Origin: Basidiobolus meristosporus CBS 931.73
Lineage: Eukaryota; Fungi; Basidiobolomycota
Length of the DNA: 64,000 nucleotides
NCBI GenBank assembly: GCA_002104905.1
Contig: MCFE01000070.1
Coordinates: 62,001 to 126,000 of the forward strand
Direction: 5' to 3'
A program made the position numbers and the translations under genes. How positions within the stretch are numbered: the first letter of the stretch is position 1; each line of letters starts with the position of its first letter. Below the pieces are notes generated by a model. The model made no database searches. It saw only the letters and a list, made by a program, of their open reading frames with translations, and was not told where the DNA came from. Below are positions 61,955 through 64,000 of the stretch, one piece after another.

Positions 61955-62517
61955 TCAGCCTAAGAGGTTTCTATTCAAGATAAGGGAGGCGGGAAGGATT
62001 ATTGGCATCAACCAGGGATACATTGTGGCACCATCGTTAGGTTTGTTCGTCTTGGGGGCCGTATCACCCTCGGGTGGAGCATTAGAAGTGGATCCTGATG
62101 GAGCGTTGGATTTGATCTCGAAATAAGGGGTATATTTGACATTGGGTCCAGTGCCTGAGCGAATAGCGTACTGCTTGCCAGCAGGGAGATCTTGTGGGAT
62201 TTGCCATTTATACTGACCCCCCTTCGCGTCCACACTTTGCTGGATGACATACAGCAATTGCATCTGGGTTGGAGGGCCTGTCATTAATGCCAACTCAATC
62301 GTGACCGGCGTGGGAGAACCACCTGTCTCAGTCCTATGCGAAGAACCTGAGTTAAGATGGGTAGATGGTTGTGCAATGACCAGGAGGCTTACCAAGTAAT
62401 CATTTTCTCACTCCCCGCTTCCCAGATCGCATTGATAGGGCTCGTGAGGGCGTAATCACCAGCCACCAATGAAGCCATTGCGAGCATACCAACACTAAAA
62501 AGAGAACTGAAATACAT
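61955..62517 (-). CDS. Ser/Thr-rich GPI-anchored surface protein with a Kre9/KNH-like Ig domain, 2 exons
   Basis: ATG 62517 with a signal peptide, ITW-TE.., YKWQIPQDLPAGKQYAIR..KYTPYFEI, an S/T/P linker and a hydrophobic C-terminus. Confidence 0.78.
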
Positions 62518-62722
62518 GTTTTCCTAGGTATATGAAGTCGTGATAAGGCTTGGCTGCCATGCTCAAGAGGGTTTTATACATGGGGATAACTGCAAAGACA
62601 CGAGTTTGACAGGTGGGGTGGCCGAGCCAAATGAGGAAAATAAAATGTCAACAGAATGTGCGCTGAGAATGTTTTCTGGCGTGGAAATTCGTGTTTGAAT
62701 ACAAGCCCAATTGACGAGTTTA

Positions 62723-63028
62723 TTACACACTTCGATTAGATAGATTACACTGTGTGGCCGGCATGTAGTGATTCTGTCTTGATTCGTTCATCAGTTCCTG
62801 ATGTCTTGTTGCTAGAGCGTGATGATATTCTAGCTCCTGATCAGATAATGAATTGTCACTAGGCCTTGTCTTCGGGCCTAAACTGAGATCATCCGAGCAT
62901 GTCAGACATTCGGAACCATTGGGCACATCTGCGCGAGTCCCTGTATTTGATAGGTCAACTCTTTGTGACCATGGATTGTCAGGTATAGCAGATGTGCATT
63001 CGGCAGCTGGGTGTTGAGGAAGTCTCAT
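62723..63028 (-). CDS. Hypothetical 101-aa protein
   Basis: True ATG with A at -3 and a TATAAA-like motif ~40 bp upstream; no recognisable domain. Confidence 0.35.
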   Translation of the reverse strand: MRLPQHPAAECTSAIPDNPWSQRVDLSNTGTRADVPNGSECLTCSDDLSLGPKTRPSDNSLSDQELEYHHALATRHQELMNESRQNHYMPATQCNLSNRSV

Positions 63029-63622
63029 TGTTATGCGGGTTTGAAGTTGGCCTTGTAGCGAATTTATATGATTTTAGCATGTGAATGAGCTGGACAGTAT
63101 ATTACATCATTGGCAACACCTGCTCGCTAAAGACCTATATTACCAGCGATCATCCTACCAATTATTCAACTATGCATTCAGCGATGTATCCTTATTTTTG
63201 ACACATCATTAGCCAATATTACCAGCATCGCTGTTGGCTCTGATCCGATACAGCGCTGACTGTATCACACAATGATGCAATGCCACTCAATCATTTTGTG
63301 CTGTGGCCACGGTAGAGAGAACATTACCAAGCTGCTATATATAGGTAGCTGGAAATTGGTCAAAGCGTAGATTAGTCATTAGTAATCTAGTCCCCATTCA
63401 AGTGCAGATACCCACGAAGCAAGCCGTTATTTTTTATTATGCTATTCTTCGCCGTGTGGTTGTGATACACGGTTGGATTTGGTTTAATCAAGCATCTCAT
63501 CTTTTCCCTCTGAAAAATTATAAGGATTCACCAACTCGTTAACCTTAACTTCTTAAATATTACCTCCTATACTAATATACCTAGAAATCCTCTCTCCCAC
63601 ACACACGAACTCTTTGCACCTC

Positions 63623-64000
63623 ATGGCACACTCGCACAAAAAAGAGAGTCCCATAGGAAGCTTTACCAACAGAACCGCTCTCTTAAGCACTACACCTGGG
63701 ACATCCGATTATCGGAGTATTTCAGGAAAATCTGTTGCAGAAGAAAACGATGGCTTCCGGGTGGGTAGTTATGTAGGCGGCTCTTCCCAACATCATTCCT
63801 TTTTAGAAGGGGACATTGCGTCCAGTCCGGGCGCCTTCATTTCAAGAGACTTATACAAAGCCCACGATGACTATATAAATAACGGAAAGCTCGTAAGGTC
63901 TAGATCCATCGATGACTTACAGTCCTTAAAAACGGAATCCGTGATGGAGGAGTTTAGAAGTCCCCTGGGCTTCCGACAGCATTTCATAAGGAATAGAGCT
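63623..64000 (+). CDS. 5' part of an Avt3/Avt4-like vacuolar amino-acid transporter (runs off the window)
   Basis: Open from ATG 63623 to the window end. The ..ISRDLYK..RSRS..PLGFRQHFI pattern resembles the Avt3/4 N-terminal GDITR.IY..PGGFRR.FI motif. Confidence 0.65.
   Translation, partial: MAHSHKKESPIGSFTNRTALLSTTPGTSDYRSISGKSVAEENDGFRVGSYVGGSSQHHSFLEGDIASSPGAFISRDLYKAHDDYINNGKLVRSRSIDDLQSLKTESVMEEFRSPLGFRQHFIRNRA

Noticed and set aside
1-64000. tRNA, rRNA genes or CRISPR arrays
   Set aside because: No T-loop/D-loop cloverleaf, rRNA signature or regularly spaced direct repeats were recognised by eye; tRNAscan-SE/Infernal would be needed to exclude them formally.

Overview
Eukaryotic (fungal) genomic DNA with two sharply different halves. 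Positions ~1-40,800 are a gene-free, almost CpG-free transposon graveyard. It holds two Ty1/copia LTR families (A and B) repeatedly nested into copies of themselves, with LTRs, 5-bp TSDs, half-tRNAiMet PBS and PPT readable by eye. It also holds a ~1.07-kb solo-LTR family (C), two decayed CACTA/CMC-type DNA transposons with a divergent second ORF, a PIF/Harbinger-type (DDE_Tnp_4) transposase relic, and a fold-back MITE family with 3-bp ANT TSDs. Positions ~41,000-64,000 are a compact, intron-containing gene neighbourhood with normal CpG content: La protein with a C-terminal RRM2, Mpo1/DUF962, Ppn2-like metallophosphoesterase, OFA-type MFS transporter, KAT14/ATAC2-like GNAT, FANCI, PC4/Sub1, a small gene with an in-frame TGA, an SDR, a secreted alginate/glucuronan lyase, a Kre9/KNH-like GPI protein and the start of an Avt3/4-like transporter. 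The gene set and short GT-AG introns suggest an early-diverging (non-Dikarya) fungus; this is inference. All homology calls come from motif recognition by eye; no database search was run.
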